Positions 40,833 to 52,794 of a DNA stretch of 60,342 bases are shown piece after piece. Made by a program: the position numbers and the translations under genes. This DNA comes from a virus. Its lineage: Duplodnaviria > Caudoviricetes. The DNA is taken from IMG/VR virus record IMGVR_UViG_3300008262_000063, positions 1 through 60,342 of that record. The stretch is one strand, 5' to 3'. Under the pieces are notes generated by a model. That model was not told where the DNA came from and ran no database searches. It worked only from the letters and a program-made list of their open reading frames with translations. Every line of letters begins with the position of its first letter. The stretch's first letter is position 1.

Positions 40833-43800
40833 TGGCTAATAAATTTACTTGTCCCCCACAGGCATCAGGTGCTGGTAGTTTCTCTAACAATTTAGTTGGA
40901 CTACAACTTGTTGCGGGTGGTGGATTAACTCAAGGTAATTTTGAATTCACACAATCCGCTAGTGAAAAGGTAAATAGAACCTTTACCACAGGAACATTCT
41001 CAAACCCAATAAATTTAGAATCTTTGGGTTTAGATGGTGTTAATCAATCAAGATTAGTGGTTGAAAATAATTTTAAAGTTTATCCAAATTATGATTTAGC
41101 ACAAATAAGTAACTTTGTTTTATATGGTTCAATGGTAAAACGAATGTCTGCTGCTGTAACAACCATCATTAGTTATTTTCCTGGTGCAATTGAATCAACG
41201 TTTTTGGGTTTAAATTATTTAACAGGTGAAACTGCGTCTAATATAGCATATAATCAAGTTACAAATGTAACCTCATTTGATTTAGATTTAGGTAGAATTA
41301 GAAATCCATTCGGAATAGATTTTACTGTTAACTCAACAAGAAACTTAGAATTAAGAGAAATTCAAGTCTCAACTTTGAGAAATATGTCAATTCAATATGC
41401 TAACTATTCATTATATCTTAATGGTAATGGTTATCAAGTAGTTGGAATTGTGCCCACAACATCATTGACTGATGGAACACTCAACTTAACTGTTCAGGGT
41501 AATCCATTTTCAGGACAATCAACAACATTTGATGACTTGGTTATTCGACCTAATGATACACAAGTTAACAAAGTTTTTAATGAAAATTTAGATGAAGTAG
41601 AGAATTTCCTATTAAATAGAAATATAACACCAAAATATACTGCAACATTTCAGATACCAAGAGAATCTGAAGATGGAACATTCTATATTGAAAATTCTCA
41701 ATTAACTTGGACATTATATGGGAAATGGAATCTTGATATTATAACTGCAGCTTTCACTAATTATTTAACTCAATTAAATGATATAAGTGAACTGTATGAT
41801 GAGTTTAGAACAAACTTAGTCTCAAGGTTTTTAACTACTGGAGCGTTTAAAGAATTCGATACTGATGGACAAAAAGTAGAGAAAATTTTACAAATTTATG
41901 GTAGAAGTTTTGATGAAATAAATAAATACATCACCTCATTGTCATTTATGACTTCAGTAAACTATACTGTAGGTAATGATATTCCAAGTCAACTTCTTAA
42001 GAATTTAGCTCAAACATTGGGTTGGAAGACAAACATCTCACCAATAACCAATGATGAATTTCTTGCTTCAGTATTCGGACAATCAAATCAACAAAAATCG
42101 AATTTTACTGGTTTAGCGGTTTCACAAACCCCTGATGAATTAAATTATCAATTCTATAGAAACATAATTTTAAATTCAGCGTACCTTTTCAAGTCAAAGG
42201 GAACTAGAAAATCAATTGAAATCCTTTTGAAACTTATAGGGGCACCAGATGCTTTGGTTGAATTTAATGAATTTATTTATTTGGCTGATCAAAAAATCAA
42301 CATGAATAAATTCAATACTGAATTTGCAAGTATTTCAGGAGGAACATATGTGCAACAACTTCCTGTTTTAGAACCCGGAAATACGTTTTCTATTTTTGGG
42401 GTTGAATATACTGGATTTACAACTGAGGCAATAATCCAAGATGTAAACATATCAATAAATGAATTCCCAATTGATAATTTGGGTTATCCCGCTTCTCCAA
42501 TAGATTCTGAGGATTTTTATTTCCAAATTGGTAGTGGTTGGTTTGAACAAACTCCACAACATAGATCACCAGAACAAGTTGATTTAACTTTAAGTGTGTT
42601 TACAGGAAACAATCCAAATTTCCAAACATCATTATTACCTTTTTCATATGGACAGGAATATCTTAATAGATTTAGGAGATTCCCATTCATGAATTTGGGA
42701 TATAAATTATCGCCATCTGTTGATAACAATAAGAGTTGGTATGACGATGAAATAAATCTAAGATTAAATTTGGATGGTAACATCAATGCTAGATATTTTG
42801 TTGCTGATGATAAATTAGTTTTAAATGTTAAAAACACTGAAATATTCCTTAATCCTGCTCAAGGATTGGCTTATGATGTATGGTATTTGTCTAGAGAATT
42901 GAATTACCCCATTCCAAATCAAGGAATGAATTTTGGTGGGACTAATCCATGTGACCCATGTCCAATACCAAGATATCCATATAGAGGTGGTGTTGATTGG
43001 ACGGAAATCAATCCAAAACCAAGAAGCAAATCTTTCTTTGAATTTGCTCAAACATTTTGGAGAAACATGATTAATGTTAGAAACCGTCAATACTCATTTA
43101 ATGGTAAAACAGGTGGTTACCCAACATTAGAGTCAATATATTGGAGATATTTGGAATCTGAAAATGTTGATGTGACAAACAATAATTTCACATATCAAAC
43201 AATGTTGGAGTATGTTAATGGATTGGGTGATTATTGGGTTAGATTAATTGAGCAAATGGTTCCTGCAACAACTATCTTCAATACGGGAGTTAAATTAGAA
43301 AATTCAATATTCCATAGACAAAAGTTTGTGTGGAAAAGACAAAGAGGATGTCAAATTATTACGGTAGAAGAAACAAATCCTTGTGAATGTATAGAATTAT
43401 CAATAAAAAGTATATTTACAAGTCAAACCAACGTAATAAAATTAACACCAAATGGTTATTATAATGGAAAACAAACTTTTGTATACGCAGATGGGGGTAA
43501 TACTGTTATAATTTCTTATAATTCATTATTATCAAGGTGGGAATTCTTTATAAATTTAAATTTATTAGCTTATTTAGACTCAACAGATGATTGTCCTATA
43601 GGTAAAGATTGGAAGAGTGATATTTTATCCATATCAACTGTAGGTGTTGATTGTGGACCGACAAAACAAAGACCTCCATTATGTAGACCTTGTGAATTAA
43701 ATGAGAATATCTATCGATTGGATTGTCCTGTGGATTCGGTTGAATGTCCAATATATCCGTGGGATGTTAATCCGACAATAACAAGTTTTGGTTCGGTGTT

Positions 43801-44155
43801 AAGTAATGTATTGAATTCGTATTTAACAACGAATGGACAATCTTTAAGTAATTGTGATTTAAATAGTATGACAACAACATGGTATGTTGATTTACGATTA
43901 AACAATACTACTGTTGTTTCATACCCATTCTTTAATGGTATTGCTTACAATATACCAACATTTAGTACACCGAGTGTTTCTGATTGGGATAATGCGGTAG
44001 TCGCCGCGTTAGAGTTACTTAAAAATTATGGATATAATTATTACTTAACAGAGAGTGATACGGTAGTGGTTTATAGTGAATCATGTGCAATTTCTGAGAC
44101 AATAGTAAACTTTAAAATAAACGTAGGAATAAATTTTCAAATATATTGTAGTTAA
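40832..44155 (+). CDS. Baseplate wedge gp7 / P2 gpI-like protein with Cys-rich C-terminal extensions
   Basis: '[11 protein letters not shown]...[29 protein letters not shown]' is the tail protein I motif. Confidence 0.7.
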   Translation: MANKFTCPPQASGAGSFSNNLVGLQLVAGGGLTQGNFEFTQSASEKVNRTFTTGTFSNPINLESLGLDGVNQSRLVVENNFKVYPNYDLAQISNFVLYGSMVKRMSAAVTTIISYFPGAIESTFLGLNYLTGETASNIAYNQVTNVTSFDLDLGRIRNPFGIDFTVNSTRNLELREIQVSTLRNMSIQYANYSLYLNGNGYQVVGIVPTTSLTDGTLNLTVQGNPFSGQSTTFDDLVIRPNDTQVNKVFNENLDEVENFLLNRNITPKYTATFQIPRESEDGTFYIENSQLTWTLYGKWNLDIITAAFTNYLTQLNDISELYDEFRTNLVSRFLTTGAFKEFDTDGQKVEKILQIYGRSFDEINKYITSLSFMTSVNYTVGNDIPSQLLKNLAQTLGWKTNISPITNDEFLASVFGQSNQQKSNFTGLAVSQTPDELNYQFYRNIILNSAYLFKSKGTRKSIEILLKLIGAPDALVEFNEFIYLADQKINMNKFNTEFASISGGTYVQQLPVLEPGNTFSIFGVEYTGFTTEAIIQDVNISINEFPIDNLGYPASPIDSEDFYFQIGSGWFEQTPQHRSPEQVDLTLSVFTGNNPNFQTSLLPFSYGQEYLNRFRRFPFMNLGYKLSPSVDNNKSWYDDEINLRLNLDGNINARYFVADDKLVLNVKNTEIFLNPAQGLAYDVWYLSRELNYPIPNQGMNFGGTNPCDPCPIPRYPYRGGVDWTEINPKPRSKSFFEFAQTFWRNMINVRNRQYSFNGKTGGYPTLESIYWRYLESENVDVTNNNFTYQTMLEYVNGLGDYWVRLIEQMVPATTIFNTGVKLENSIFHRQKFVWKRQRGCQIITVEETNPCECIELSIKSIFTSQTNVIKLTPNGYYNGKQTFVYADGGNTVIISYNSLLSRWEFFINLNLLAYLDSTDDCPIGKDWKSDILSISTVGVDCGPTKQRPPLCRPCELNENIYRLDCPVDSVECPIYPWDVNPTITSFGSVLSNVLNSYLTTNGQSLSNCDLNSMTTTWYVDLRLNNTTVVSYPFFNGIAYNIPTFSTPSVSDWDNAVVAALELLKNYGYNYYLTESDTVVVYSESCAISETIVNFKINVGINFQIYCS

Positions 44156-47100
44156 TGGCTTGTGATTTAAATGTTATAATAAATGGTATAACTGGAGACT
44201 GTTCAAACAGTAGTTTAGGTGCATTTGACATTAGTATTGTTGGAGACGCCCCTGATTATTCAATCCAATGGATTGAACCCCCATTAGGTACAATTGCGTT
44301 AGGACCTGGGGTTACAGGTTATAGTATAAATTCATTATCCGCTGGAACATATACATTAAATGTTTTAGATAGTTGTCCGTTAGAAAATACGGTTTATTTA
44401 TTTAATATTAATATATCATCAGGAACTTGTGTTTCGATTGAATCAAGTGGAACTACTTGTGGATTAAATAATGGATTAATTACGGCATCTACCACAAATC
44501 TTTATGCTCAAGCAAGCTATATTTTATACGAGACTACAAATGGTTATGTTACATCAGGAACAACACCTATCACTAATTTTGTTTTTGGATCATTATCGGC
44601 AGGAACATATTATGTAATTGCTGATGACGGGGGAGGATGCACAGGTAAAAGCCAAAGTTGTATCATCAAACCTTCAAATCCTTTTACTTTTGGTTTATAT
44701 CAAGTTAATAATTCACCTTGTTTCATAAATACAGGTGCATTATATATCACAGGTTTAACAGGTAATCCGCCTTATACTTATTCATGGTCTAATGGTGGAA
44801 TAGGACAATCAATAACAGGATTAAGTAATGGTAATTATTCTGTTGTAGTTACGGATGGGTTAGGATGTAACGCTGTAGCAACTGCAACAATAGAATCCGT
44901 ACCATCAATAGGAACTTTAATTCTGATAGATAGTGAACCGACATGTTATAGCTCAGATGGAGTTGCAACAGTGTATATTACAGGAGGAACAGGTCCGTAT
45001 CATATTGAAGGTTCTAATGGTGATGTAATTATCACCTTTGACACTTCTTATACATTTACAGGATTATCATCAGGATTCTTTTCCGTTACTGTTACAGATG
45101 CTGGTTTATGTCAATCAACTATAACAACAACATTACAAACACCAAGTGGACTATCACTAGTGAGCGTTGATGTAACAAACTCTACTTGTAACAATAATGG
45201 AGGAGGTATACTAGTTTCCATATTCGGTGGAACTTCACCATATCTATACACCCTAACAGATTCATTATCCAATTCAACAACATTCATACAGCCTGTTCAA
45301 AATGGTGGAGCAAATTTCTTAGGGTTAAGTTCAGGGACTTACTTATTAACCATTGATGATAACTTGGGTATATGCCCTTATTCACAATATGTGACAGTTA
45401 ATAATACCGTATTATATACATTGAGTGTTAGTACCACAGGTACAACATGTGGGAATGATAATGGTTCGGTAACTTTATCTATCACAACTGGTGGTACAGG
45501 TCCTTACAATTATCAAATCAATGGACAAACAGTAATCTCAAATACATTATCATATACATTTACAAATTTACCATCAGGAAGTTATACTGCTTCAGTTACT
45601 GATATTAACCTATGTCAACAAATATCACCATTCACAATTAATAGTTCTCAAGCGGTTAATTTCATTTTGAATGGAACAAGTCCTGTTGGTAATAATGGGA
45701 TAATAGAAACATTCATAACAAGTGGTGAACCTCCATTTACATTAAATTGGAGTCCAAATGTCGGAGCTCAATCTGGATTAACTGTGACAAACTTATCAGC
45801 AGGAACATACTCACTAACTGTTGTTGATATTTCAGGGTGTTCACAAACTAGATCGATTGATTTATTAGGTTATAATTTATATTCATCTTATGAAGTTTAT
45901 AACATTTGTTCTGATGATTTAACAAATAGTGAACAGATTATTAAGAAAGGTTTAAAACAAATGTTACTTGAGGGATTCTTTGATTTAACATCTGGTGATA
46001 CAAATTGTATTTTAAATTCATCAATATTCGAGGCTGTCGTATCGGTTGACGGTATTGTCCAAACTGGAATATTTTATAGTGGAACAGGAGTAAATGATTT
46101 CCCAACTGATTCTGTTTTCTTTGATACTGTTGAAAACTTATTATTAAATTATCCGAATATTGAAACGGTTATTATTGATCCTGTGACTGGGAATTTAAAA
46201 ATAAGTACACTATGTAATCCACCAATAACAATCATGGATGCTACGGTAATCATTGATGTTAAAGTTTATTATAATATAAGTTGTGAAGTATGTGCTCCTC
46301 CTGTTAATACGGAAACGATTATTCGTATTAATACAACATTGATTTCAAGTGGATCAACTCCAACGGATAAGTTCCAATTGGCGACAACGTTGGCGGGGAC
46401 TTATAATTTTGATGTTGATTGGGGTGACGGTGTGGTTGAAACAATCACAACTTGGAATGATCCTAAGACTGAACATACGTATGCAACTGGTGGGGTAAAA
46501 GAAATAAGAATAAGTGGACAATTCAGTGGATGGACATTTAATAACGCTGGGGATAGAAATAAACTTATTGAAATTAAACAATGGGGTATATTAGAATTGG
46601 GTGATACTCCAGGTCATTTCTATGGTTGTAATAATTTGGTATTAACTGGTGTTACAGACTTTATTAATTTGTCAACGACATCAACGTTGGAGAACACCTT
46701 CAGAGATTGTACTTCTTTGACAACAATCAATAATGTTGAGTATTGGGACACATCAAATATTACAAGTTTTGTAAACACATTCAATGGAACTGTCTTTAAT
46801 CAGGATATTACATCTTGGGAAGTTTCAGGTGTAACAGATATGTCATTTATGTTCTTTAATAACACATCATTCAATCAAGATATTGGTTCATGGAATGTAT
46901 CAAATGTTGTTGATATGAGTGGTATGTTTTACAATGCAACATCATTCAACCAAGATATTGGTGGATGGGATGTATCAAATGTTACTAATATGAACGTCAT
47001 GTTTTTTAACGCAACATCATTCAATCAAGATATTGGTTTATGGGATGTATCTAGTGTTACTAATATGGCTGGTATGTTCGAAGATGCAACATCATTCAAT

Positions 47101-47874
47101 CAAGATATTGGTTCATGGAATGTATTAAATGTTACTAATATGTCAGTTATGTTCCAATTTGCAACATCATTCAATCAAGATATTGGTTTATGGGATGTAT
47201 CTAGTGTTACTAATATGGCTGGTATGTTCGAAGATGCAACATCATTCAATCAAGATATTGGTTTATGGGATGTATCAAATGTTACTAATATGGCTGGTAT
47301 GTTTTCCAATGCAACATCATTCAATCAAGATATTGGTTCATGGAATGTATTAAATGTTACTAATATGGATAGTATGTTTTCCAATGCAACATCATTCAAT
47401 CAAGATATTGGTTTATGGGATGTATCGAATGTTACTAATATGTCATTTATGTTCTTTAATAACGCATCATTCAATCAAGATATTGGTTTATGGGATGTGT
47501 CAAATGTTACTGATATGAGTGGAATGTTCCTAAACACAACATCATTCAATCAAGATATTGGTTCATGGAACGTATCAAATGTTACTGATATGACTGGAAT
47601 GTTCCAAGATGCAACATCATTCAATCAAGATATTGGTTTATGGGATGTATCAAATGTTACTAGTATGGTTAGTATGCTTAGGGACTGTGGAATGAATCAA
47701 ACAAATTATGAAAATCTACTCATAGGTTGGGACTCATTACCATCGTTACAAATTGCAGTTAATTTAGGTGCGTTAGGAAGACAATATCAAATAGGAAGTG
47801 CTTCAGATATCGCCAGATCTAATATTATCGCTTCTTACTCTTGGACAATAACAGGAGATATAGCGGTACCATAA
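44155..47874 (+). CDS. Adhesin-like fibre protein: SprB repeats + PKD + DUF285/BspA-like 25-aa repeats
   Basis: Several 'TC..NG.I....GG..PY.Y......L..G.Y...VTD..GC' SprB units; 'VDWGDG..EHTY'; 12 'FNQDIG.WDVS.VT.M..MF..A.S' units; cap 'NYENLLIGW...WTITGD'. Confidence 0.85.
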   Translation: MACDLNVIINGITGDCSNSSLGAFDISIVGDAPDYSIQWIEPPLGTIALGPGVTGYSINSLSAGTYTLNVLDSCPLENTVYLFNINISSGTCVSIESSGTTCGLNNGLITASTTNLYAQASYILYETTNGYVTSGTTPITNFVFGSLSAGTYYVIADDGGGCTGKSQSCIIKPSNPFTFGLYQVNNSPCFINTGALYITGLTGNPPYTYSWSNGGIGQSITGLSNGNYSVVVTDGLGCNAVATATIESVPSIGTLILIDSEPTCYSSDGVATVYITGGTGPYHIEGSNGDVIITFDTSYTFTGLSSGFFSVTVTDAGLCQSTITTTLQTPSGLSLVSVDVTNSTCNNNGGGILVSIFGGTSPYLYTLTDSLSNSTTFIQPVQNGGANFLGLSSGTYLLTIDDNLGICPYSQYVTVNNTVLYTLSVSTTGTTCGNDNGSVTLSITTGGTGPYNYQINGQTVISNTLSYTFTNLPSGSYTASVTDINLCQQISPFTINSSQAVNFILNGTSPVGNNGIIETFITSGEPPFTLNWSPNVGAQSGLTVTNLSAGTYSLTVVDISGCSQTRSIDLLGYNLYSSYEVYNICSDDLTNSEQIIKKGLKQMLLEGFFDLTSGDTNCILNSSIFEAVVSVDGIVQTGIFYSGTGVNDFPTDSVFFDTVENLLLNYPNIETVIIDPVTGNLKISTLCNPPITIMDATVIIDVKVYYNISCEVCAPPVNTETIIRINTTLISSGSTPTDKFQLATTLAGTYNFDVDWGDGVVETITTWNDPKTEHTYATGGVKEIRISGQFSGWTFNNAGDRNKLIEIKQWGILELGDTPGHFYGCNNLVLTGVTDFINLSTTSTLENTFRDCTSLTTINNVEYWDTSNITSFVNTFNGTVFNQDITSWEVSGVTDMSFMFFNNTSFNQDIGSWNVSNVVDMSGMFYNATSFNQDIGGWDVSNVTNMNVMFFNATSFNQDIGLWDVSSVTNMAGMFEDATSFNQDIGSWNVLNVTNMSVMFQFATSFNQDIGLWDVSSVTNMAGMFEDATSFNQDIGLWDVSNVTNMAGMFSNATSFNQDIGSWNVLNVTNMDSMFSNATSFNQDIGLWDVSNVTNMSFMFFNNASFNQDIGLWDVSNVTDMSGMFLNTTSFNQDIGSWNVSNVTDMTGMFQDATSFNQDIGLWDVSNVTSMVSMLRDCGMNQTNYENLLIGWDSLPSLQIAVNLGALGRQYQIGSASDIARSNIIASYSWTITGDIAVP
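46795..47694 (+). repeat. Tandem array of 12 x 75-bp coding repeats (DUF285)
   Basis: Units start at 46795+75n with TTCAATCAAGATATTGG consensus. Units 4 (47020-47094) and 6 (47170-47244) are identical. Confidence 0.95.
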
Positions 47875-47875
47875 T

Positions 47876-47909
47876 AAAAAACCCCACCTAAAAAGTGGGG
47901 TTTTATTTT
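47876..47909. terminator. Bidirectional intrinsic terminator between convergent operons
   Basis: AAAACCCCAC-CTAAAAA-GTGGGGTTTT, with an A run on the left and a T run on the right. Confidence 0.85.
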
Positions 47910-48507
47910 ACCATATTTTTTCTTGTTTCATATATCCTAACACACAACAATAAGCGTCACTCATATCAAAATTCTCTTTCTTGAGTGTATTGTTCTTGGT
48001 ATATACCCAATTAATTTGGGGTTCTTTCTTTGCAACCTGTTCCCATATAATTTGTTTCTTATCACAATCTTTTGGGAATCCACCAAATAATACATGTTTA
48101 CCTTTATCATTTTCTCTAACCAACCAAGGAAATGCGTTCTTTCTTGAATTGTAAGTTGAAATGTATTCAGGAACAACACCTAATGTATCATAAATTTCTT
48201 TTGATATAAGAGTATTAAATCTAAGAAGAGTTTGAACGGTATAAACATTATTACTGTTCAATAGAGGTTCTTCAATTACTACTGTAGTTATATTCAAATT
48301 TGAATAATCCTTTAACTTATGTTTAAAGATTTCACTTTTCAATATTAACTCCTTTATTTTATTTTCTTCCTTTGGTTTCGGTCTTGGAGAAATATGAGTT
48401 AGTTCTAATAATTCTTTGGTTTCCAAATCAAAAAGTGCCCAGCCTATTGTACTTGTTGATACATCTAGACCGAGCACCTTTGGGGTTTCTTTAATATCTT
48501 TATTCAT
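47908..48507 (-). CDS. ruvC: RuvC-like Holliday junction resolvase
   Basis: 'VLGLDVSTSTIGWA', 'VVIEEP', 'LLRFN', 'FDMSDAY' give the RNase H-fold acidic tetrad. Confidence 0.85.
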   Translation of the reverse strand: MNKDIKETPKVLGLDVSTSTIGWALFDLETKELLELTHISPRPKPKEENKIKELILKSEIFKHKLKDYSNLNITTVVIEEPLLNSNNVYTVQTLLRFNTLISKEIYDTLGVVPEYISTYNSRKNAFPWLVRENDKGKHVLFGGFPKDCDKKQIIWEQVAKKEPQINWVYTKNNTLKKENFDMSDAYCCVLGYMKQEKIW

Positions 48508-48511
48508 AAAA

Positions 48512-51500
48512 TTATATATCCAATTTAATCAAAATCTGCTGAATACCCTGTCTTAAAACAGGAGATTGCATTTTCGATATAATCATAAGATTTTTGTCAG
48601 AATCGTAAAGACCAACCTCAGTTATGTAACGATTGTTACTTGATAACCAAGTTGGGTTTGATGGAGTTTGGAATTCCGCTTGACTTAAATTAATCTTATA
48701 TACCATTTCATAAATTGTTGCTTGAATATCAGTTTCAACATTACCATAAAAATAATATTCATCACCAAAGTTAAGTTGATGTCCTGTAAATCCTACAGTT
48801 GTTAAATCAATATAGTCACTTAAATCATAAATGTCAGCATCATCATATAAATCCTGAGTGATTACAAATGTATTTGCGGTTAATGATTGTTGAGTGATAA
48901 ATCCGTTAATCGTTGAACCACTCAATTGATCTGTGAAATCAATTATCTTCCATTCATCTGATTGAGGTCTTCCCGTACCATCAACCTTTTGACAAATTAT
49001 TTCAAATTTATTTGCAAAAAATCCTGGTATTAAATCACAAACTGTTGGACATAATGTTGTCGTAGTTGTAACAGGAAATAAAGTTGTAGTGGTTGTCGTT
49101 ATATTACAAGGATTAATTGTTGTAGTTGTTGTACATACTGATTCACACAAATCAATAGTAAAATCATCTCCTGATATTAAATTAATTACATCTGTTGTCA
49201 CAATACCACTTATTGTAAGTACACAACCAGTGTAAGGTGATAAAGATAAATCGGTAGTTACTTCATTAATCACACCATAACAATCTACATATGTTAGTTC
49301 TGTACTTCCAGCACAAGGACCACAATTTTCAGTTAATGAAACACACTGACAACCAAGGGTAAATACATCCAAGAATGTTGTTGACGAAACTGATGTATAT
49401 GATGGATTGGTTACAGTCCAGTTACCTAATGGAGAGTCCTCGATGGTAAGTCCTGGTAATATCGCGATTTCGGTTGAACCTGAAGAAAATATCCAATTAG
49501 ATCCATTATAAGAAATTAAAGAATTACCTGAACCAATAAAGTCAATATAAACTAATTCTCCTGAAATCAATGATGGATAAAATAATAAATTATTACATAC
49601 TTCATCAAGACCTATCATCTCACAATATTCTAAAACGAATGGTTTGTATTGATCACAAGTTGAAAATCCTGTTATAGTATTTTCACCAATATCATATGAA
49701 AAATCACCAATAGGATTGTCTAACATACTATCAAATGTTAATAGTAGTGGATCTGTTAAATCACTTGGAAGAATAACCCAATTTGTACCATTAAAATAAA
49801 AATTATATATAGTCTCCAAAAATGTAACATAAATTGGTTGTCCATTTAAGAATTTAGTAGTGGGGTATAAATATAAACCAATATAACTTCCTGGTGTTTC
49901 AAATCCATTGTCTATCCATAAAATGATACCATCATACCAACAAGGACAAGGATTAACTGTTGTTGTGGTTGTGGTAACATTGGATAACTGATTTAAACAA
50001 GGAAACTCAGAACCAAAACGAATTGCAACATTCTGTGATGGTATTGGATTACAAGTGACATTTGGTCCTTGAATTCGTGAATAATAATTACAATGTAATG
50101 AATTGGTATAATCAAAAGTATTTGATAATCTGTAAGTTACATAAAGATACTCAGAAGAACCTGTCAATATACCTTCAATAGAATTGTTATCAACCCCACA
50201 AACATTTGGAGTAATCAATGTTACTTTTGGTGCAGGTAATGTCCAGTTTCTGTTTGATTTATATGACATTGATGCTATAATTTCCTCATCATCAAAAATG
50301 ATTATTTTCGAATCTGGGAACACTTTACCAACTCTACTAGGATAACCGTCCAAGTTTGGATTTGTATCCCACAAATGGTAATATCTGATACCAGGCGTAT
50401 TCATGTCAGAGTTTTTGGTTGACTCTAAATGATGTACAGTAAATAAATTCAAATCTTCAAAACCTGGAGGATCAACATAGAAAGATTGTCCATTACAACA
50501 ATTAGGGTTTTTATGCCACATTATCCATGGTAAATCTATTCTGAAATTTCTTGCTTGTCCTGTTGTATCCTCAACACCATCATCAAATGGTTCTAAAGCA
50601 AATTTCTCTCCATAAAACAAATCAACTGTCTGATTGGTATAATGTACAATAGAGATAGCTTTTTGTTGTTCAGGTGTAACTGTTACTTTTTCATCAAATG
50701 AATTATAGTAATAAACAGAACTTGTATCTGTTTGTCCACTACTTGAAGCATAACCGAAATATTCTTTTGAGCCCAAATAGTTTATAGAACCGAATTTAGT
50801 ATAATCTTTATAAGCATTTGGATCGATACCTGCTGGTGTCTCAGACCAAGGAATATTCATATTCCATATCTTCACATCAAATTCATCTGTATAACAAACT
50901 GATTCGTAATTGATAACATTATTAGACCAATGATTACTTGGAGTTATACTATCATAAATTTCGGTAATTACTGGTGGGTAAACTAACACTCTGGCATAAC
51001 ATTCTGAACTGAATGTTGAAAAGTCAGGAGTGGTTCTATCCAAAGTGATTAAGTCATTACAAACATCAATTACTCTATATGTTAAAATTGTATAACAAGA
51101 TGAAACATTAACCAAACAATCAACTGGTGGTGGAGGACAACAAGGATTTATAAATGAACAAGTTGTCGTTGTTGTAGTGGTAGTTGGTATCGGAGTAACA
51201 CAAGGATTTGTTGTTGTTGTGGTTGTTGTTGGGCAAGGATTTGGACTACATTCCCCCAAATTAACAAGATTGTATAAACCAGCACCCTCAACTGTTGGAA
51301 CTGTTGAACTCAATGTACAGAAAGTAAAAGCAGTTGAAGATAATAGGATTGATGAAAAAGATCCACTACAACCTGTATAATTTAATAGTATTGAAGTTTT
51401 ACCAACGGATATTTGATATTCAGTACAAGAAACACACGGAGATGTTGTAGTTGTGGTTGTAGTACCCGTAATACAAATACAATCTGAAATTCCATTCCCA

Positions 51501-52036
51501 TCAAAATATATTGTAACAATATCACCTTTTTGTATGGATCTAACTGAATTATCGTTACAAGAATTGTTAATAAGATTAATTGTATTTGTCCCAATTAATG
51601 TACTCATATCAACAATATAATTAGAATTAATTACGTGAGTGTTATTTGTTTTAGCACTCCAATTAATAACATCACCTACAGTTGTTCCCGTGAAAAAACC
51701 TCTAGGAGATGCTCTATTATAGACTGGTTCAACAATAGAAGCCATAAATGGAATTCCATATGTGTTGCCGGCTGTACCATCAACATAATATGGATATTTT
51801 ACGTTTTCTTTATTTGATTGTGGAACTCCAGCCGAGTTCTGAGCATTGAAACTTGGTTCTAATACGAAACTGTTAAATTGATTATAACTTGATTGAGGTA
51901 ATGCGTTATATGAAACCTCACTATCACCAATTTGGAAATATGATATGTTAAAATTACCTTGAGAAATCTTTAACCTACCTGTATCGGTAATTCTCGTATT
52001 TATTAAACCTGATGTATTTTTTAAAATGTATCCCAT
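48512..52036 (-). CDS. Tail fibre/baseplate-attached protein with Cys-rich modules and poly-Thr linkers
   Basis: N-terminal 'ITDTGRLKIS...ISYFQIGDSE' and C-terminal 'YITEVGLYDSDKNLMIISK' form a split tail-collar (P2 gpH N-terminal-like) motif. Seven runs of 5-8 Thr. Confidence 0.7.
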   Translation of the reverse strand: MGYILKNTSGLINTRITDTGRLKISQGNFNISYFQIGDSEVSYNALPQSSYNQFNSFVLEPSFNAQNSAGVPQSNKENVKYPYYVDGTAGNTYGIPFMASIVEPVYNRASPRGFFTGTTVGDVINWSAKTNNTHVINSNYIVDMSTLIGTNTINLINNSCNDNSVRSIQKGDIVTIYFDGNGISDCICITGTTTTTTTSPCVSCTEYQISVGKTSILLNYTGCSGSFSSILLSSTAFTFCTLSSTVPTVEGAGLYNLVNLGECSPNPCPTTTTTTTNPCVTPIPTTTTTTTTCSFINPCCPPPPVDCLVNVSSCYTILTYRVIDVCNDLITLDRTTPDFSTFSSECYARVLVYPPVITEIYDSITPSNHWSNNVINYESVCYTDEFDVKIWNMNIPWSETPAGIDPNAYKDYTKFGSINYLGSKEYFGYASSSGQTDTSSVYYYNSFDEKVTVTPEQQKAISIVHYTNQTVDLFYGEKFALEPFDDGVEDTTGQARNFRIDLPWIMWHKNPNCCNGQSFYVDPPGFEDLNLFTVHHLESTKNSDMNTPGIRYYHLWDTNPNLDGYPSRVGKVFPDSKIIIFDDEEIIASMSYKSNRNWTLPAPKVTLITPNVCGVDNNSIEGILTGSSEYLYVTYRLSNTFDYTNSLHCNYYSRIQGPNVTCNPIPSQNVAIRFGSEFPCLNQLSNVTTTTTTVNPCPCWYDGIILWIDNGFETPGSYIGLYLYPTTKFLNGQPIYVTFLETIYNFYFNGTNWVILPSDLTDPLLLTFDSMLDNPIGDFSYDIGENTITGFSTCDQYKPFVLEYCEMIGLDEVCNNLLFYPSLISGELVYIDFIGSGNSLISYNGSNWIFSSGSTEIAILPGLTIEDSPLGNWTVTNPSYTSVSSTTFLDVFTLGCQCVSLTENCGPCAGSTELTYVDCYGVINEVTTDLSLSPYTGCVLTISGIVTTDVINLISGDDFTIDLCESVCTTTTTINPCNITTTTTTLFPVTTTTTLCPTVCDLIPGFFANKFEIICQKVDGTGRPQSDEWKIIDFTDQLSGSTINGFITQQSLTANTFVITQDLYDDADIYDLSDYIDLTTVGFTGHQLNFGDEYYFYGNVETDIQATIYEMVYKINLSQAEFQTPSNPTWLSSNNRYITEVGLYDSDKNLMIISKMQSPVLRQGIQQILIKLDI

Positions 52037-52060
52037 AAAATATAAATATAATGTTTTATA

Positions 52061-52786
52061 TTATGTAGTTGAGACATTGCAACAACTACACCCAAAAATG
52101 TTAAGATTGCTTAAAGAATAAAATTCTTCATTGGTTGTAAAATAACAGTTTATATCAGTATTCTTAACCGAAGAAGTTGTTGTTGTAAGTAAAAAATCTG
52201 TAGAACCACTCAATGTTAAACCATTCCAAGTATCCGTAGATGTATTCACAAACAAGGTTTCTGATTGACATCCAGGGATTAAATTAAACGTTGAACCTGT
52301 GGTTAACCCTGTCGATGAGGGTACAACCGTAATTGAATCAATCACAAGTTGAGAATTGGTTGTTGTGGTTGACGCTGAATACACTGGTGAAACTTTATTA
52401 ACATTCGTATGATTTAAATCGAATGTAATGTAAGTACCATTTGGTAAGGATGGGGTTACAACAATATTTGTTTCGTATTTTTTAGTTAGAGTTACACTGT
52501 TATTTTGTAATACTGAAGTTTTCGTATTTAAATAAACACTGTAAGTTATTGGATCGTTTGGTTTATTTAGAATTACTGTATTTGTACTAGTTGCCGATAG
52601 AGAATCTTTAACAATTACAGTATAAATCCCTGTACACAAATTTATGAATAAAGGTGTGTTTCTAAAAGAAACTCCAGCATCGATAGAATATGAATATGGT
52701 GGAGTTCCGTTCTGAGCTGTGACAGATAAAGAACCATCACATCCACATATTCCTTGATTTAAATTAACTGATGAAAATAGTGCCAT
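52061..52786 (-). CDS. SprB-repeat protein (241 aa)
   Basis: 'CGCDGSLSVTAQNGTPPYSYSID...FINLCTGIYTVIVKDS'; Thr/Ser-rich. Confidence 0.7.
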   Translation of the reverse strand: MALFSSVNLNQGICGCDGSLSVTAQNGTPPYSYSIDAGVSFRNTPLFINLCTGIYTVIVKDSLSATSTNTVILNKPNDPITYSVYLNTKTSVLQNNSVTLTKKYETNIVVTPSLPNGTYITFDLNHTNVNKVSPVYSASTTTTNSQLVIDSITVVPSSTGLTTGSTFNLIPGCQSETLFVNTSTDTWNGLTLSGSTDFLLTTTTSSVKNTDINCYFTTNEEFYSLSNLNIFGCSCCNVSTT

Positions 52787-52794
52787 TTTTTATT

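Noticed and set aside
46795-47694. Regular repeat array as a CRISPR array
   Set aside because: Units are in-frame 75-bp coding repeats without unique spacers, and no cas genes are present.
1-47874. Bacterial eCIS/tailocin locus
   Set aside because: Tail genes are interleaved with a full phage replication set (ssb, helicase, RNR, exonuclease, primase), indicating a phage genome.
52787-52794. The 234-aa and 241-aa SprB genes as one broken gene
   Set aside because: The first ends in TAA, and the second has its own A-rich leader and ATG. There is no positive evidence of pseudogenisation.
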